From Cyanidioschyzon merolae (Eukaryota), in NCBI GenBank assembly GCA_000091205.1, contig AP006499.2: a DNA stretch of 64,000 bases, one strand, 5' to 3'. A program made the translations under genes and the position numbers. The stretch's first letter is position 1; each line of letters opens with the position of its first letter. Shown in pieces: positions 21,819-33,886 of this stretch. The notes under the pieces were generated by a model. The model was not told the origin of the DNA. It saw only the letters and a program-made list of their open reading frames with translations, and searched no databases.

Positions 21819-23267
21819 ATGCATTGTGCACGCTTTGTATTAGCGTTAGGTCGGCGTGACTTGCGTAGGGCAGAGAAGAGTTGGCCGAGTGATGTATGGA
21901 AAAGGGCGGTGCGAGCGCTGAGCACCTCAAGCGCCACATCGCTTCAAGAGGCCGTGCGCTCAAAGATTGAGCCGATGCGAGCTCAAGTCCACGAGGTTCG
22001 GGAACGATTCGGTGAAGAAGTTCTTGACGCGTGCACCGTTAATCAGGCCTACGGTGGGATGCGCTCTCTGAAGGCCATGGTCTACGAGACGTCACTCCTT
22101 GATCCGCAGGAAGGCATTCGTTTTCGGGGGTTTTCGATCCCCGAGTGTCAACGGTTGTTGCCAAGAGCAAAGCCCTCGGGCGAGCAACCACTTCCCGAAG
22201 GGCTTCTGTGGCTCCTCCTGACAGGTGAAATTCCGACGGAGTCGCAGGTCGAGAGCGTTTGCCAGGATTTGAAGCGGCGGGCAGCCGTTCCCCCGGAAGT
22301 GTTGCGCTTGTTAGACGAACTACCCCACGAGCGCATGCATCCCATGACGCAGTTCTCGGTAGCTGTTAGTCTTCTGCAGCATGAGTCAAAGATGGCAGAG
22401 GCGTATGCGCAAGGCGCTCCCAAGTCGACCTTCTGGGAATACTGCTTGGAAGACGCATTGACGCTTATCGCTCGGTTACCAGCAGTGGCTGCGAGAATCT
22501 ACCGTAATACGTTTCACGGCGGAAAGCATGTGCCAGCGGAAAAAATTGAAAAAGTCGATGACATGGGCATGCGTTTGGCGAGGTCACTAGGCTTTGAATT
22601 GAACGAATTTGATGAGTTGATGCGGTTGTACCTGGTGCTTCACGCGGATCACGAAGGTGGAAACGTGTCGGCGCATGCCGTGCGCCTGGTCGGTTCGGCG
22701 CTAAGTGACCCGTACTTGTCATTTGCAGCTGGTCTGAACGGTTTGGCGGGACCATTGCACGGCCTGGCAAATCAGGAAGTTTTGCGTTGGCTGCTACAAA
22801 TGAAAGAAAAGCTCGGCAATCGTCCGATGACGACGGAGAATCTGAGGGAACTCTGTTGGGAGACCCTGCGAGAAGGCCACGTCATTCCGGGGTTCGGTCA
22901 CGCGGTCCTGCGGCGAACCGACCCGCGCTACACAGCGCAGCGTGAATTCGCACTCAAGCATTTACCGCACGACGAGATGTTCCAGCTTGTTTCCAAGTTA
23001 TACGAAGTCGTTCCGCGGGTGCTGGAGGAGCAGGGCAAAGTGAAAAACCCGTGGCCCAATGTCGATCAGCATTCAGGAATTCTGCTTCGCTATTATGGAT
23101 TGGTCGAAAGCAACTTTTATACGGTGCTCTTCGGCGTGAGTCGGGCACTGGGAACGCTCTCCTCGCTCGTGTGGGACCGTGCTCTTGGTCTGCCCATTGA
23201 ACGCCCCAAATCAGTCACGACGCAATGGATACGAGAACACTTCGAGAAGCGTTCGGTTTCTGCATAG
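21819..23267 (+). CDS. Citrate synthase (mitochondrial type)
   Basis: 482 aa; [52 protein letters not shown] matches the eukaryotic citrate synthase signature region (HEGGNVSAH...[12 protein letters not shown]). The N-terminus is presequence-like. Confidence 0.92.
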   Translation: MHCARFVLALGRRDLRRAEKSWPSDVWKRAVRALSTSSATSLQEAVRSKIEPMRAQVHEVRERFGEEVLDACTVNQAYGGMRSLKAMVYETSLLDPQEGIRFRGFSIPECQRLLPRAKPSGEQPLPEGLLWLLLTGEIPTESQVESVCQDLKRRAAVPPEVLRLLDELPHERMHPMTQFSVAVSLLQHESKMAEAYAQGAPKSTFWEYCLEDALTLIARLPAVAARIYRNTFHGGKHVPAEKIEKVDDMGMRLARSLGFELNEFDELMRLYLVLHADHEGGNVSAHAVRLVGSALSDPYLSFAAGLNGLAGPLHGLANQEVLRWLLQMKEKLGNRPMTTENLRELCWETLREGHVIPGFGHAVLRRTDPRYTAQREFALKHLPHDEMFQLVSKLYEVVPRVLEEQGKVKNPWPNVDQHSGILLRYYGLVESNFYTVLFGVSRALGTLSSLVWDRALGLPIERPKSVTTQWIREHFEKRSVSA

Positions 23268-23690
23268 ACTAGCCACCTCTGGCGCTGGCGCGCGCAAACG
23301 CCGGCACCGCGAACACAACCGAGAACGGCCTGCATCTGTCTGTCGCAGGCGCACAACTCGAAAAGGTCCGTACGAGTCATATGCCGAACACACAAGCCTG
23401 AGCCGCATCGATTCCAACGAAGGTTACTTGTGGTAAAAGCAATGACACGAGAATTTCGTACGCGCATTGGCTCACAGCGCGCTTCATCCTCTCCGTCACC
23501 ATTGCGTCGTGCACACACCGCGTGCTGGTTTGGATTGCACGTATGCTTCATGCTTGCAGGAAAGATGCAGCATCCACGCGCTCCTTGGATGCCGCATGGC
23601 GGAGTGCCTGGAATCTCATGCGACCTAGGCGGCCGTACTGGGTGCTCTTGCGGGGTTGCCTCACGAACCGGCAACTGCCGGAAGCGTTTG

Positions 23691-24482
23691 CTACGCCTGT
23701 TGCTCTTCGACGACAGCAGCACTTGGCCGCCGGCGCTCGGAAAACTTGCGATGAACAACTCGTGCGCGCTCTTCGAAAGCGCGGACCATTTTCCTAGCCA
23801 CCTCATTGAAGAACAAGTCCACGGCAGCCTGATATACTGGAGAGCGGAACCGAAAGTCTACATAAAAATCAACCCAAGACTCGTTGGGATTCTTCCCGGG
23901 TCGAAAGCGCCATTCATTAACCAGATGTTCGAAAAGCTGGCTCGTCGTGGCGGTTGCTCGCACTGCTCGGTCCGGCTCGAGACGCACCAGCGAAATGTAC
24001 TTCTCGTGGAAAAGCTGGAAGCCTACCTTGAGCTCCGCTTCTAGCAAACGTTCCCCGTATCGCTGAATAACTCGGGAGCTGGTGCACCACGGCACGAACT
24101 CGTGGTACCGTTCAACGTCTGCAACGACGCTGTAGAGCTCGTGTGCGCTAAACGGAACGAGTTTGCTCTCGCTGAACGAGCGTGAAAGTGCTGTCTGAGT
24201 GCTCCGGTCTCGCGGTGCTTCCGAAACAGTAGCACTGCGTAGTTTCCCAAAGAAGTCACGTTTGCTGCCGAGCACAGAAAAAGGTAGCCCATCGGGCTCG
24301 AGTCTGGAAAAGATCGTGACGTAAGCCGTACGCAACGGTGTCGGTGTCCGGCCAGGAAACGCTGCGCTCCGCCTAGTGCTCAGGTTTCGAGAATCTATCC
24401 CCGAGCCTCGTTGCCAATGCGCACCAGTGCTTCCAATGAATCGGTGAATACGATGCATCCGCATTGTTTTGCTTAGAAGCAT
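23691..24482 (-). CDS. COQ10: COQ10-like START/SRPBCC (polyketide cyclase) domain protein, mitochondrial
   Basis: FSESKLVPFSAHELYSVVADVERYHEFVPWCTSSRVI...AELKVGF...SQLFEHLVNEWRF...AAVDLFFNEVARKMVRAFEERA has COQ10/SRPBCC topology. The start is taken at MLLSKTMRM, and the ORF track extends further to 24581. Confidence 0.65.
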   Translation of the reverse strand: MLLSKTMRMHRIHRFIGSTGAHWQRGSGIDSRNLSTRRSAAFPGRTPTPLRTAYVTIFSRLEPDGLPFSVLGSKRDFFGKLRSATVSEAPRDRSTQTALSRSFSESKLVPFSAHELYSVVADVERYHEFVPWCTSSRVIQRYGERLLEAELKVGFQLFHEKYISLVRLEPDRAVRATATTSQLFEHLVNEWRFRPGKNPNESWVDFYVDFRFRSPVYQAAVDLFFNEVARKMVRAFEERARVVHRKFSERRRPSAAVVEEQQA

Positions 24483-27400
24483 CTTGGCGGGCTGAAGAAC
24501 CCGCCCGCCAAAAACGCTCTCCAGACGCAGCAGTTGGAAGGCGCCATGACCCGTAAGCGCTTGCGCGTTCGCCTGCGGCATACTGCGGAGCCACAGTGCA
24601 CCAAGGAAAGTGTGGTTTTTGCAGGGGCTTTGCCAACGGGAGGCGAATTTTTCTACTGCCGGTCAAGGGTGCAGAAGAAGCACTCGGGAGATCCTGAAAG
24701 CATTCATCGAGGCTATAGCATAAAGAAAGTTGGACGAAGGAGGTGAAGTGTCTTTGTGCCCTCTGCAGCGTGACTTGTCGATGAGCAGCGGTCGACGCGT
24801 ACCGGCACGCTCGCTAGAGCGCTCTTGCAGAGCGACGTGAAAAACTTGCATTCATGAAGAAAACACCACGGGAACGTAGCGCTTAGGAATATATGCCTAA
24901 ATGCAGTTTTTGGTGCTCGTTCGTCCAGCTGTGACGGAACGCCGATGGAGTCGTAGAAAACGGGATTCGCCTGTCATAGACGTGTACCCAAGCTAGACTG
25001 AACTGGCAATGGGTCGTCTAACGCGCCTGTCAATACTGCAGTTTGGGTCTTTTTTCTACTGCCTTCAACACAATCCTCTGTGCGCTTTTTCTGTGGCTGA
25101 TCCGTGTTCCTCTATCCTATCTTGGGCTCTAAATACGCGGGTCTTTAGCTTTCCCCCAGCCCCAGTGGAAGCAGTCGTACGACGTTGAGGGAGCGTTCAA
25201 GCGCCGATTTCGGAGCTCCCAGCTCTTGTCCATGCATTTGATGCACAGGGCGAAGTTGCGGCCTATGATTCGCTTGCCATTTTCTACTTCACTGCATACA
25301 CCCTGACTGTGCACACCGCAGCAGTGACACTACTTTGGGCAGGTGTTCGCAAACTTGCACCAAATCCCTCGCCTCAAGCCCAACTCTGTGGTGCGTAAAC
25401 GCTCGCTTCACCTCTTTCTACATGCCCCTGACGAGTACGGAAGGCGCAACGCATTGCCTTCCTCCGTTTCCGCTCTCGGTGCCGGACCCTATTATCACGG
25501 GCTTCTTCTGGGCGATACCCGCGGCGAGTTCAGTGTCCACTGCATGTGCAAGCGCATGCTGTTCCATCCTACACGAGGATTTGTGGAACGGGATGTCGAT
25601 CTTGATGAATCGAGAACCGGTGACGAATTCCAGGCGGGGAAGCAGTCGAGAAATTTGGATCCGTCAATACGCATTTTTTTGCCAAGCGGTGACGCAATCT
25701 CTGCACCGGAAGCGATCGCTGCGATGACGTGAGTCCGAGTCCAGACCCTTTTCTGGACAAGCGGAAGGAACCGGAGCCTCCAACAGCATAGCTCTCGAGA
25801 AGTATCATGCTACTGTGGTATGTCGTTCGTCGCTAAACACAAAGATAGGAGGATTTGTTTTTTGTACGGATCCGATTACGAATTGAAGATAAATTTTATT
25901 TTCAGGACAATGTTACGAACAAGTCTTCAAAAGACGACGACGACGACGCCTTTTCTCTTCGTACATCGGGTGGTGCGAATTGCTGTGCCCACGAATCCCT
26001 ACGAAACATCAAGATCGAAGAAATGACGCAGACGTGATTTGATCATTCTACTCGTAAAGAACGGAGAGGAATGGATGCTTGGACGTGTGCATTGGATAAT
26101 GGTATCCGGCGTTTACGAATGCCTGGTCGAGGCCCGTACAAATCATCCTGAGTCCTGTGCCGAAACGAATTCCATCGGCTGGGCGTCGAAGAAGCCACTC
26201 CGAAAACACGACCGACATTCGTGTAACGACAGCCGGCTCCGTACGCCGTTATTCCCGCACATCGAATACTGGGGCTGCAAATCCAAAAAACAACTTTGGA
26301 AAACCTGGATAGACGGGAACAGTGTGAGCGGTTCAGTGCCCCAGTTCAATTATCACGCGGACGAGGACTGCTTCGTACCACCAATAGAAAACGCAGTATT
26401 GGGATGGAGCACTAGTATCCAGGTGTGCACCTATCATGATAGAAGCGTTTCCAGTCGGCACCATCGAGGATCCCTCACTTGCCTCACCTACCGATTATCC
26501 TGGAAAAAACGGCCTGCAAATGATGAATGTATCACGAGCACTGCATTCCAGGGTGGCATTTGTCTTGCAAACAAAACGAAATGTGCGCTTTATTTCCCCC
26601 ACATGTAACCCAGAAACACCTAAATGCCTCGACTGGATCGGTCGCGCTGGTGGCAGTGCACAAAGCGTCCAAGTGTGTCGTGCGGTCGCGAGTGCCACTG
26701 CGGAGTGACGGCCTCTGCATGTGCTGGAGTCACGATATGCATACAACCATGCCATGAAGTATGTGCCGATGTCAACGCACACTCTGTAAGGTCGAAATGC
26801 TCTTCGCACGAAGAAACAGGCGACAGCCTCTCCGGTGTCATATCCGGTAGAACGTGGCTGTCACGATGGATACCAGCGGCCGACTTTGATACACTCTTGC
26901 TGGGACTCTGGTGCGCGTGCTCACGGAACTCATGCGAGGGCAGCGGAATTTACAGCTGCATGTAAAGGATTGCGGGTTCTGATGCCGGGGGCTGTTGTCC
27001 CGATTCACTCTGTCAAACGCTTACCACGGAATGAACTGGTTCGATGTATGGTGCATTGAGTCTGCGCCATCCCTTGCATGTCCACGGGCATGGTTTGTCG
27101 TGAACGTATATCGCGTGAGCCCATAACCGTGGCGGGTATCGAGTCTCGCTCGTGTCTGAGTACAGCTGAAAAAATTCTTATCAGAAGGTTTGGAGAATGC
27201 CTGATAGGGAAATAAGACTCGCGTCTGCACATCAGGCGAATAAGCTGATTCGGTCTTCCTGTTGATACCGCAGTCAGCTAGCTGTCAAGGCACACAAAAA
27301 GATTCACGATATGCTCGTCTAGCGAAACGGTTTCACACGCATACCAGGCGAACTAGCTGGCTCGTTCTAGCTATCGAAGCTGCAGCGAACGAATCAGCGA

Positions 27401-28068
27401 TTCCCCGTAAGAAGGCTCATGGTATGCCAAGGTCGGTAAGAGGCCATACATTCGCCAACCAGGAGAGCCAGCTTGTTCGTTATTCCCGGCGACGCTGCAG
27501 CCGACTTGAAGCCCCTGGGCACCGTGTGCTTCGTGCTTGCACCAACGGCTCGAAGTTCATCGATCACGCTTTCTACACGCTCTAACGTCGACAGCGCTTC
27601 TCAAGAAACCGATAACTCGTTTTCCGTACATGCAGCTATCGGATAGACAGGAGAACAAGTGCACTGAGATTCGTGTTCCTTCCAATACACCCGGTCGCTT
27701 GCCATCGAACCATGGAGTGCCACTGCGTCCTCGCGAGACGCACCCGCATGGATTCATCCACTACCATCCAATGTCAAATCCAGCATTATTCCAAAAGCAC
27801 TGTTGACTGACTCAAGACCATCTTATCGTATGCGCTCTGAAACACGCGCCTCTGTCAAAAGCCATAGAACGCAGTATGCGCTTTCTTATAGTCTGTGACA
27901 GCTCGCCGGTGGACGATACCCGGGGCGGCAGTCGCGGGCCTTGAGCCGGCCTCGAAACCCCCCCACCGACACACGGCGTAAAGTCGTTGCGCTCGGGTTT
28001 GGTCGGTAGCCGCGAAAGTGTTCAGTAGCGTTCGGTAGCGCTACTTTGTAAAGCGGTGAACGGCACAG

Positions 28069-30123
28069 GTGTCCCGGTCAAGCTCGACGCTCATGGACGC
28101 GGAGACTTCACGGCAAGCAGAAACGCTTCGGGCGCTCGAGCGAGCGCTCGTTCGGACCGAGCACGATAAGGTCCTGGCGCTGAGTAGCCAGCTTCTCGAA
28201 GGACCGGTTACGCAACCAAGCTCCTCTGATCGGTCCGAGGAAGCTGCGCTGCTGAGAGCTCGCCTCTTCCAGGTACGCGGCACAGCGCGGGCGAACCTCG
28301 GGCAGACGGAGGCTGCTGTCGCCGACCTGGAGCAGGTTCCGGAGGTTTTTCGCGACGAGTCACTGCGGTTCCTGCTGGCGTACCTTTACTACCAGATACG
28401 CAACCTAAGTGCCGCGAAACAGCACATACCCCAGGAAACTGCTGAGGGTGCCGAGTTTCCGAGCACATCGCGGCGAAGCTGGGACCTGCTACGTGCCCAA
28501 GTGGCGTACGTGGAAGGAAAACTCGACCAGGCCGCCAATACGTGGCTGCGGCTTTTATCGTCTAGCGTTGATCACGCAGAAACTGGAGCACTATGGACGA
28601 ACTGGTTTGCTGCCCAGAGTAGCAAGTCTGCGCCTGTTGACTTGAGCGGGGATGCATCCCAGGGTCTCGGAGTTCTTCGGGACGCCCAGTTATACGAGGG
28701 CCTCTTTAACGTCGCCTTGTGGTGCTCGCTTCGTGGAGATGCCGACACCGCAACAGACTTGCTTGAGGATGCCCGGCGTGTTGCTGTTTCTGAGCTAGGA
28801 ACCGAGCAGCACGTGGATGTCGCCCGTATCGACGTGCAGCGTGGATGCCTCCTGCAGCACCAGGGGCAAGAGCTCGCTGCACAGGCAGTGTATGCGCAAC
28901 TTGCCACGTGGCAGGCTCCGCGAGCGATCGTGCCTGTCGATGGAACAACAGACTGGGTACGCGCCTTCAACCTTAGCGTTATCGAAGGGTGCCTGGACGC
29001 GTTGCTCGATAGCGAGCCCAGCACATGGACGGTAACCGATGCGCAACGTCAAATTCTGTACTGGGATCGGGCACTCGTGGCCATTCAGCGGAAGCAGCCG
29101 CGTATAGCGCTGGATGCTGCTGAAGCTGCATTCATGCATCGTAATGATGCTGCGATGCTCAAAGCATGTGCATTGGATTCGCTCGGGCGACACGAGGATG
29201 CCGAGCAGCTACTACTCGCGCATCATCTGGTGATGCCCGCTGCGCAGCTGCGCTACCAACGAGGGGATCTCACCGGAGCGCTGGCCCTACTCGAGCAACT
29301 ACCGATACTGGATTCGCCGACAAACTCAGGCACTGTCCTAGGTCGGAATCAGCCTGCAAACGTGCTTTTTCGGGTTTCCGTGTACCGGCGACAAGGGCAG
29401 CTCCAGCGAGCGCTCGAGGCGCTGCAAGAAATCGACCATAGGAAGCTCAGTACCCGCCGACTTTATGTGGAGATTTTGCTCGAAAACAAACAGTACAACG
29501 ACGCTTTGGACTACCTGGCAAAAGATGCAATCTCTGATTGCGTGCTTGAGAGCTACCGCCTTATCGCCCTTAGCTATATCGATCCACTTGCCGCCGAGCA
29601 GGTCTTGCCGAAGCACATCGAAGAGCGTATCGCGAGAGAGGCATCCATTCGGAGCCATCAGGGTGGATGGCGCGCGCCCACGTCGGAATCCACGTTCGGA
29701 ACGCTGCGAAGCAACCAGCAGGGACCATATGACACCGAACCTGCAGCAGCACGAGCAGCATCCGCTCGACCCAGCGACGCTGGAAACGCCGAAACGGTTG
29801 CATCTAGGCGCCGGCGAGGGCATCGTAAGAGTCGAAACCCGCTACCACAATCTTTTCGAGCAGATGCCCCGCCGCCGGATCCATCGCGCTGGCTGCCCCG
29901 TCACCAGCGTCCGGGCTCTCGGCGGAAAGCACGGCGTCAAGCGGGAGCGCCGGGCTCAGCCACAACAGACAGGGCAACCCAGGGGAAGATAGAGACCGCA
30001 ACAGAACTCGACGCACAAATTCGAGCAGCGTCGGCCGCTGCCAAAGTGCTCCCCATGAAAGGCGCTGCCACCAAGTTGGCTGGAAAGAGGCGTGTGCGGC
30101 CATCGCGCGCCGGCCGCTCCTAG
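28069..30123 (+). CDS. SRP72: Signal recognition particle 72 kDa subunit (SRP72)-like TPR protein
   Basis: 684 aa with TPR-like repeats over the N-terminal two thirds and a basic C-terminal tail containing PPDPSRWLPRHQR, matching the conserved SRP72 RNA-binding motif PDPERWLP. Confidence 0.6.
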   Translation: MSRSSSTLMDAETSRQAETLRALERALVRTEHDKVLALSSQLLEGPVTQPSSSDRSEEAALLRARLFQVRGTARANLGQTEAAVADLEQVPEVFRDESLRFLLAYLYYQIRNLSAAKQHIPQETAEGAEFPSTSRRSWDLLRAQVAYVEGKLDQAANTWLRLLSSSVDHAETGALWTNWFAAQSSKSAPVDLSGDASQGLGVLRDAQLYEGLFNVALWCSLRGDADTATDLLEDARRVAVSELGTEQHVDVARIDVQRGCLLQHQGQELAAQAVYAQLATWQAPRAIVPVDGTTDWVRAFNLSVIEGCLDALLDSEPSTWTVTDAQRQILYWDRALVAIQRKQPRIALDAAEAAFMHRNDAAMLKACALDSLGRHEDAEQLLLAHHLVMPAAQLRYQRGDLTGALALLEQLPILDSPTNSGTVLGRNQPANVLFRVSVYRRQGQLQRALEALQEIDHRKLSTRRLYVEILLENKQYNDALDYLAKDAISDCVLESYRLIALSYIDPLAAEQVLPKHIEERIAREASIRSHQGGWRAPTSESTFGTLRSNQQGPYDTEPAAARAASARPSDAGNAETVASRRRRGHRKSRNPLPQSFRADAPPPDPSRWLPRHQRPGSRRKARRQAGAPGSATTDRATQGKIETATELDAQIRAASAAAKVLPMKGAATKLAGKRRVRPSRAGRS

Positions 30124-31378
30124 TTGAGGCCACGAGCACCTTGAAAGACAAGCTCACGACTAGACACTAGCGGCGACTTGCAACCCAAATGAATCGCTCC
30201 GCGAGATGCGTATGCGCGTCCGTGTAGATGCACGGATGCGTGCGCGCAAGGCGTACACGTGTACATAGACCTGCACGCGTCTAGATGCGAGTGTGCATTG
30301 GCGCGGGAGCAACGCCGTGCTTGTTCTGGTAACTTTCAACCGATACCTGTCGTCGCTAAATTTCCAGTTGCATACGCTGAAATCTTGATCTCATCGGGAA
30401 TACACGAAGCACCCCTGAACAAGCTGCTAGAAAAGTGGTAGGTTCCTGTTTCTCACAGAGGCCGGTTCGGATGCTGCCAATCTATCCCGGATTTTTATCT
30501 GGCGTTGCGTGCGGAACGCATGGAGTACCGCTCGCACTGTTGATCGTCATGACAGCCGACCAGCGATCTCAGCGGCCTCAGAACCACGTCCAGCAGCAAC
30601 AGGTGCAAAAAAAGCTGCAGCGTCGATCAGAATGCTGGTCAGGGATACAGCAACGCGAGGGCGCCTGCTGCTGCTGCTGCTGCACGCAACCGTGCTGCAT
30701 ACCTCATGCAGAGAGCGAAAACGACGACAGCGCAGCGGGTTCTTAACGTTTCTCGTGCGCGAGGCGTATAACAAAAGCCGCAACAGTCCGAGGCGCTTTT
30801 CAGTTACAGTGTGTGCTCGGCATGGGTGCTCCATATCGCTCCGAAGAAGCGAACATGGGCAAGTCCTCTATCCTGCACTGCACGCGACACGAACATGGAG
30901 ATGAGTTTCCCGCAACAATCACCATGCTTAGTGGAATACGTTACCCGAGATTGGGCTTTTCGCCTACTGGAGCTGATGCCGTCGACAACGCAACCCCAGT
31001 TTGACGACATCGCTCGAGACGGCACTCGTTGCGCGCTGTTCAATAGTTGCACTTCATGTCTTCCTCGTTTCCGCAGGCGAAACGCTAGGCGATACAGATG
31101 CACACTGGTCGAATGCCTTCCAGCGACAGTTTTTGCAAGTGATATCCTGTATTCCGCACATGCATTCCTAGCAGTTGCACCCGTTTCGAACATCTCATAG
31201 GAACGTTTTAGGCAGCTATCGCGATCACCCTCCGTGAATCATCACGGTTCCATGTGGAATTCGAATGGTTGATCCACCGCTGAAAGCATGCCGCCGCGGT
31301 GAATTCTGTGGCTGACGCTCTGAGCATCGTTCGACGACAGACGAAAATTCGCTGGCCGCATCACTGCAGCTCAGGTTA

Positions 31379-33019
31379 TCATTGACTTCGTTCACGTTTC
31401 GATTCACGACTCAAGGGCTCCGGCCGATTCTCCGGAGGGTTTCGCTTCGCTCCCGGCCGAGCAAGGCTATTGTACCCCCCTGGGGACAATTCAGATGCAC
31501 GAAGAGGTGCGGATGCTGGCGTCCTGGCTGCGGAATCTGGACGTCTAAGGTTGGTATAGGTTACGGCGCTGCGCATGGCCGCCGCCGTCGTCGCCGCCGG
31601 CGCCGAACCCCGCACGCCATAGGCAATATTGGCTACCGGTGCCGCTGGGACGCCTCCTTGTGCCATCCGGAGGGGACCATGGGACGGCACTGGACCCTGC
31701 CGCGCCTGCATAGCCAGTGCTGCTCCTGCGTTGGGCGCGATTCCTCCGACACCCTGGGCATGCCGCTCCAGTTGGCGTCGTTTGCGAGCCTGATACTCAT
31801 GTACAGAGTCATATCGAGGGAGCTCCTCCGGTCGGCACGGCAGTGGCTCCGTCGTGAACCACGGATGCTGGAGCGCCTCAGCGGCTGTGGGTCGCCTTTC
31901 TGGACAAATTGTCAAGAGTTTTTCGGCGAAATCCAGGGCGATGGAACTCAAGCCCTTGCTTCCGAAAACCGTCCGAAAGACGTTCGGGTAATGCTTGGCC
32001 TCGGGTACAGCGTTGAAAATGGTGCTCGCATACGGCAAAGAGCGGTATCCAGGCCACTGGTCCTCTGTCGGTGTTCCCAGGAGCGAAAAGATCAAGTTTG
32101 CTTGACTAACTTCATCTTTGCCTGGGAAGACCGGGCGCCCGGTCAACATTTCCAGAATGAGGCAGCCAGCGGACCAGATATCCACAGCGAAACCGTAGCA
32201 GTTTTCCCCGAGCAGCAGTTCCGGTGCTCGATACCACAACGTGACCACCCGGTTGGTGTAGCGACGCCCGGTTTCCCCGAGGAAGCGAGCGAGTCCAAAG
32301 TCAGCGATCTTCACTTTGCCGTCGCGACTAATCAGTATGTTGCTTCCCTTGATATCCCGGTGCATAACGCCCCGCGCATGGCAATATGCAAGACCACGGA
32401 GGAGTTGCTGCGCATAGCATTTGACCTGTGCTTCCGAGAAGTGAATCTCTGGCGTGTCCATTAAACCCGTGAGGTCGTAGTCCATATATTCAAACACCAT
32501 GAAGATATCGCCTTTGCGGTTGGTCTGGGTACCGCCTTGGCCTCTAGATGTTACCATCTCAATTAAGTTCACAATGTTCTCGTGCCGCAGCTCCCGCAGA
32601 ACTTTGATCTCCCGGCATGCTGTCAGCGGGAATCCTTCCCGTTCATTGGCCATACGGAGGCGTTTAAGGGCTACCTCTTGTCCTGTCTCTCGGTTCCGGG
32701 CGTGGTAGACTTCACCGTAGGTGCCTTCACCAACCTGTTCTAGTTTCTCGTACACCGTATCATCGCGAATCTTCCAGGGTGCTTCTTTTCGTCGTTGAAT
32801 ATTCAGCGGCTTCGCGGTAAAAGTCTGTTCGGCATTTCCTAGAGAGCTGAGCGCTGGCGATGTAGATGGAAGCCGGGGTTTCACTGTCCACGGAGCCGAT
32901 CCAAGAGACGTCCCTTCGGTCGTCTTGGACTCTGCAGAGGTTTTTTGGGCAGTCCCATTCTCCGGTGCGTGCATGGCTGCTATGAAGCCGTCCCCGATAC
33001 GTAGAAAAGAGCTACTCAA
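31379..33019 (-). CDS. Cyclin-dependent kinase, CDK9/CDK12-like (PLTACRE helix-C variant)
   Basis: GEGTYGEVY...ALKRLRMANEREGFPLTACREIKVLREL (cf. PITALRE/PITAIRE), HRDIKGSNILI, DFGLAR, WYRAPELLLG, DIWSAGCIL, with a long low-complexity C-terminal extension. Confidence 0.85.
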   Translation of the reverse strand: MSSSFLRIGDGFIAAMHAPENGTAQKTSAESKTTEGTSLGSAPWTVKPRLPSTSPALSSLGNAEQTFTAKPLNIQRRKEAPWKIRDDTVYEKLEQVGEGTYGEVYHARNRETGQEVALKRLRMANEREGFPLTACREIKVLRELRHENIVNLIEMVTSRGQGGTQTNRKGDIFMVFEYMDYDLTGLMDTPEIHFSEAQVKCYAQQLLRGLAYCHARGVMHRDIKGSNILISRDGKVKIADFGLARFLGETGRRYTNRVVTLWYRAPELLLGENCYGFAVDIWSAGCLILEMLTGRPVFPGKDEVSQANLIFSLLGTPTEDQWPGYRSLPYASTIFNAVPEAKHYPNVFRTVFGSKGLSSIALDFAEKLLTICPERRPTAAEALQHPWFTTEPLPCRPEELPRYDSVHEYQARKRRQLERHAQGVGGIAPNAGAALAMQARQGPVPSHGPLRMAQGGVPAAPVANIAYGVRGSAPAATTAAAMRSAVTYTNLRRPDSAARTPASAPLRASELSPGGYNSLARPGAKRNPPENRPEPLSRESKRERSQ

Positions 33020-33425
33020 CGTAACCGCTGTCCTGTCCGTCTTTCAACAACTGTGAAGAGAACCTCGATAGAACGCGCCCCAGCAGCGCGGACGCAACCC
33101 CTTACAGCGCTGTCTGCAGCGTGGAGGTCACCAAACCGTGAAAGCGTCCGTTACAACCTCGTTGGTTGCTATGCTTAAGAAAAACTGGAGCGTCCTTTTT
33201 CTCGAGTCGTTTTGTATCCGGCGCCGTTTCGTTTCGACTCGCTCCAACACGTACACGAAGAATCAGTCGTTGGAGGAAACGTAGCGTTTTTGACCGTTCT
33301 TCGCGATCGATTGGACGCGTCCGCGTATCGCCGAGAAAAGACCAGCAGGCTAGCCGTCAAAAACGTTACCCAAACACAGTACGCTCTTTAAAGCCGGTTA
33401 TCCCAGCGTTCAGCAGGGTCGAGCG

Positions 33426-33453
33426 CTCACTCACTCACTCACTCACTCACTCA
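33426..33453. repeat. (CTCA)7 microsatellite
   Basis: ctcactcactcactcactcactcactca read directly. Confidence 0.9.
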
Positions 33454-33886
33454 CGCTATCAGGCGCTGCACCGAGACTCGACCAAGCTCGACCGCGTACT
33501 TTCACCAAGGTACTGTCGAAACGTAGCGAGCTTGAGATTTCAACGTGACGGAAACACTTGACTTTGTATGCGTTTGCCAAAGTGTGCGTCCGTGTGCCTG
33601 CTGCGCGGAACCCACACGCTCAAGCTGATTCCCGAACTGCGGAAACGTGTTGAACGCAGTTCAAACCTTCCTTCGTTACCGTTTATACCTCAAGCTCGGT
33701 GACTTTCGTGCAAGTTAATTAGAGAACCCCACCAGAACCTCAGCTTGAAGTACTGAAAGATAACCAATCGAAAAACAACGCCGAAGACCCAGACGTCCTA
33801 TAACAAGTAACCAACGAACCAACAGAATAGTAAGCTCGGTATTTTCGAGGATTCAGAGACCGCCAGTTCCATCGGCGAGCACAGCT

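Noticed and set aside
31382-32464. 360-aa plus-strand ORF exactly antisense to the CDK gene; similar long antisense ORFs occur opposite Rad50 (10655..11137, 11273..11665) and Nop56 (6817..7248)
   Set aside because: These are typical stop-poor antisense frames in GC-rich coding DNA. Their peptides are low-complexity (Arg/Ala/Pro-rich) without motifs, and the sense strands carry unambiguous conserved domains.
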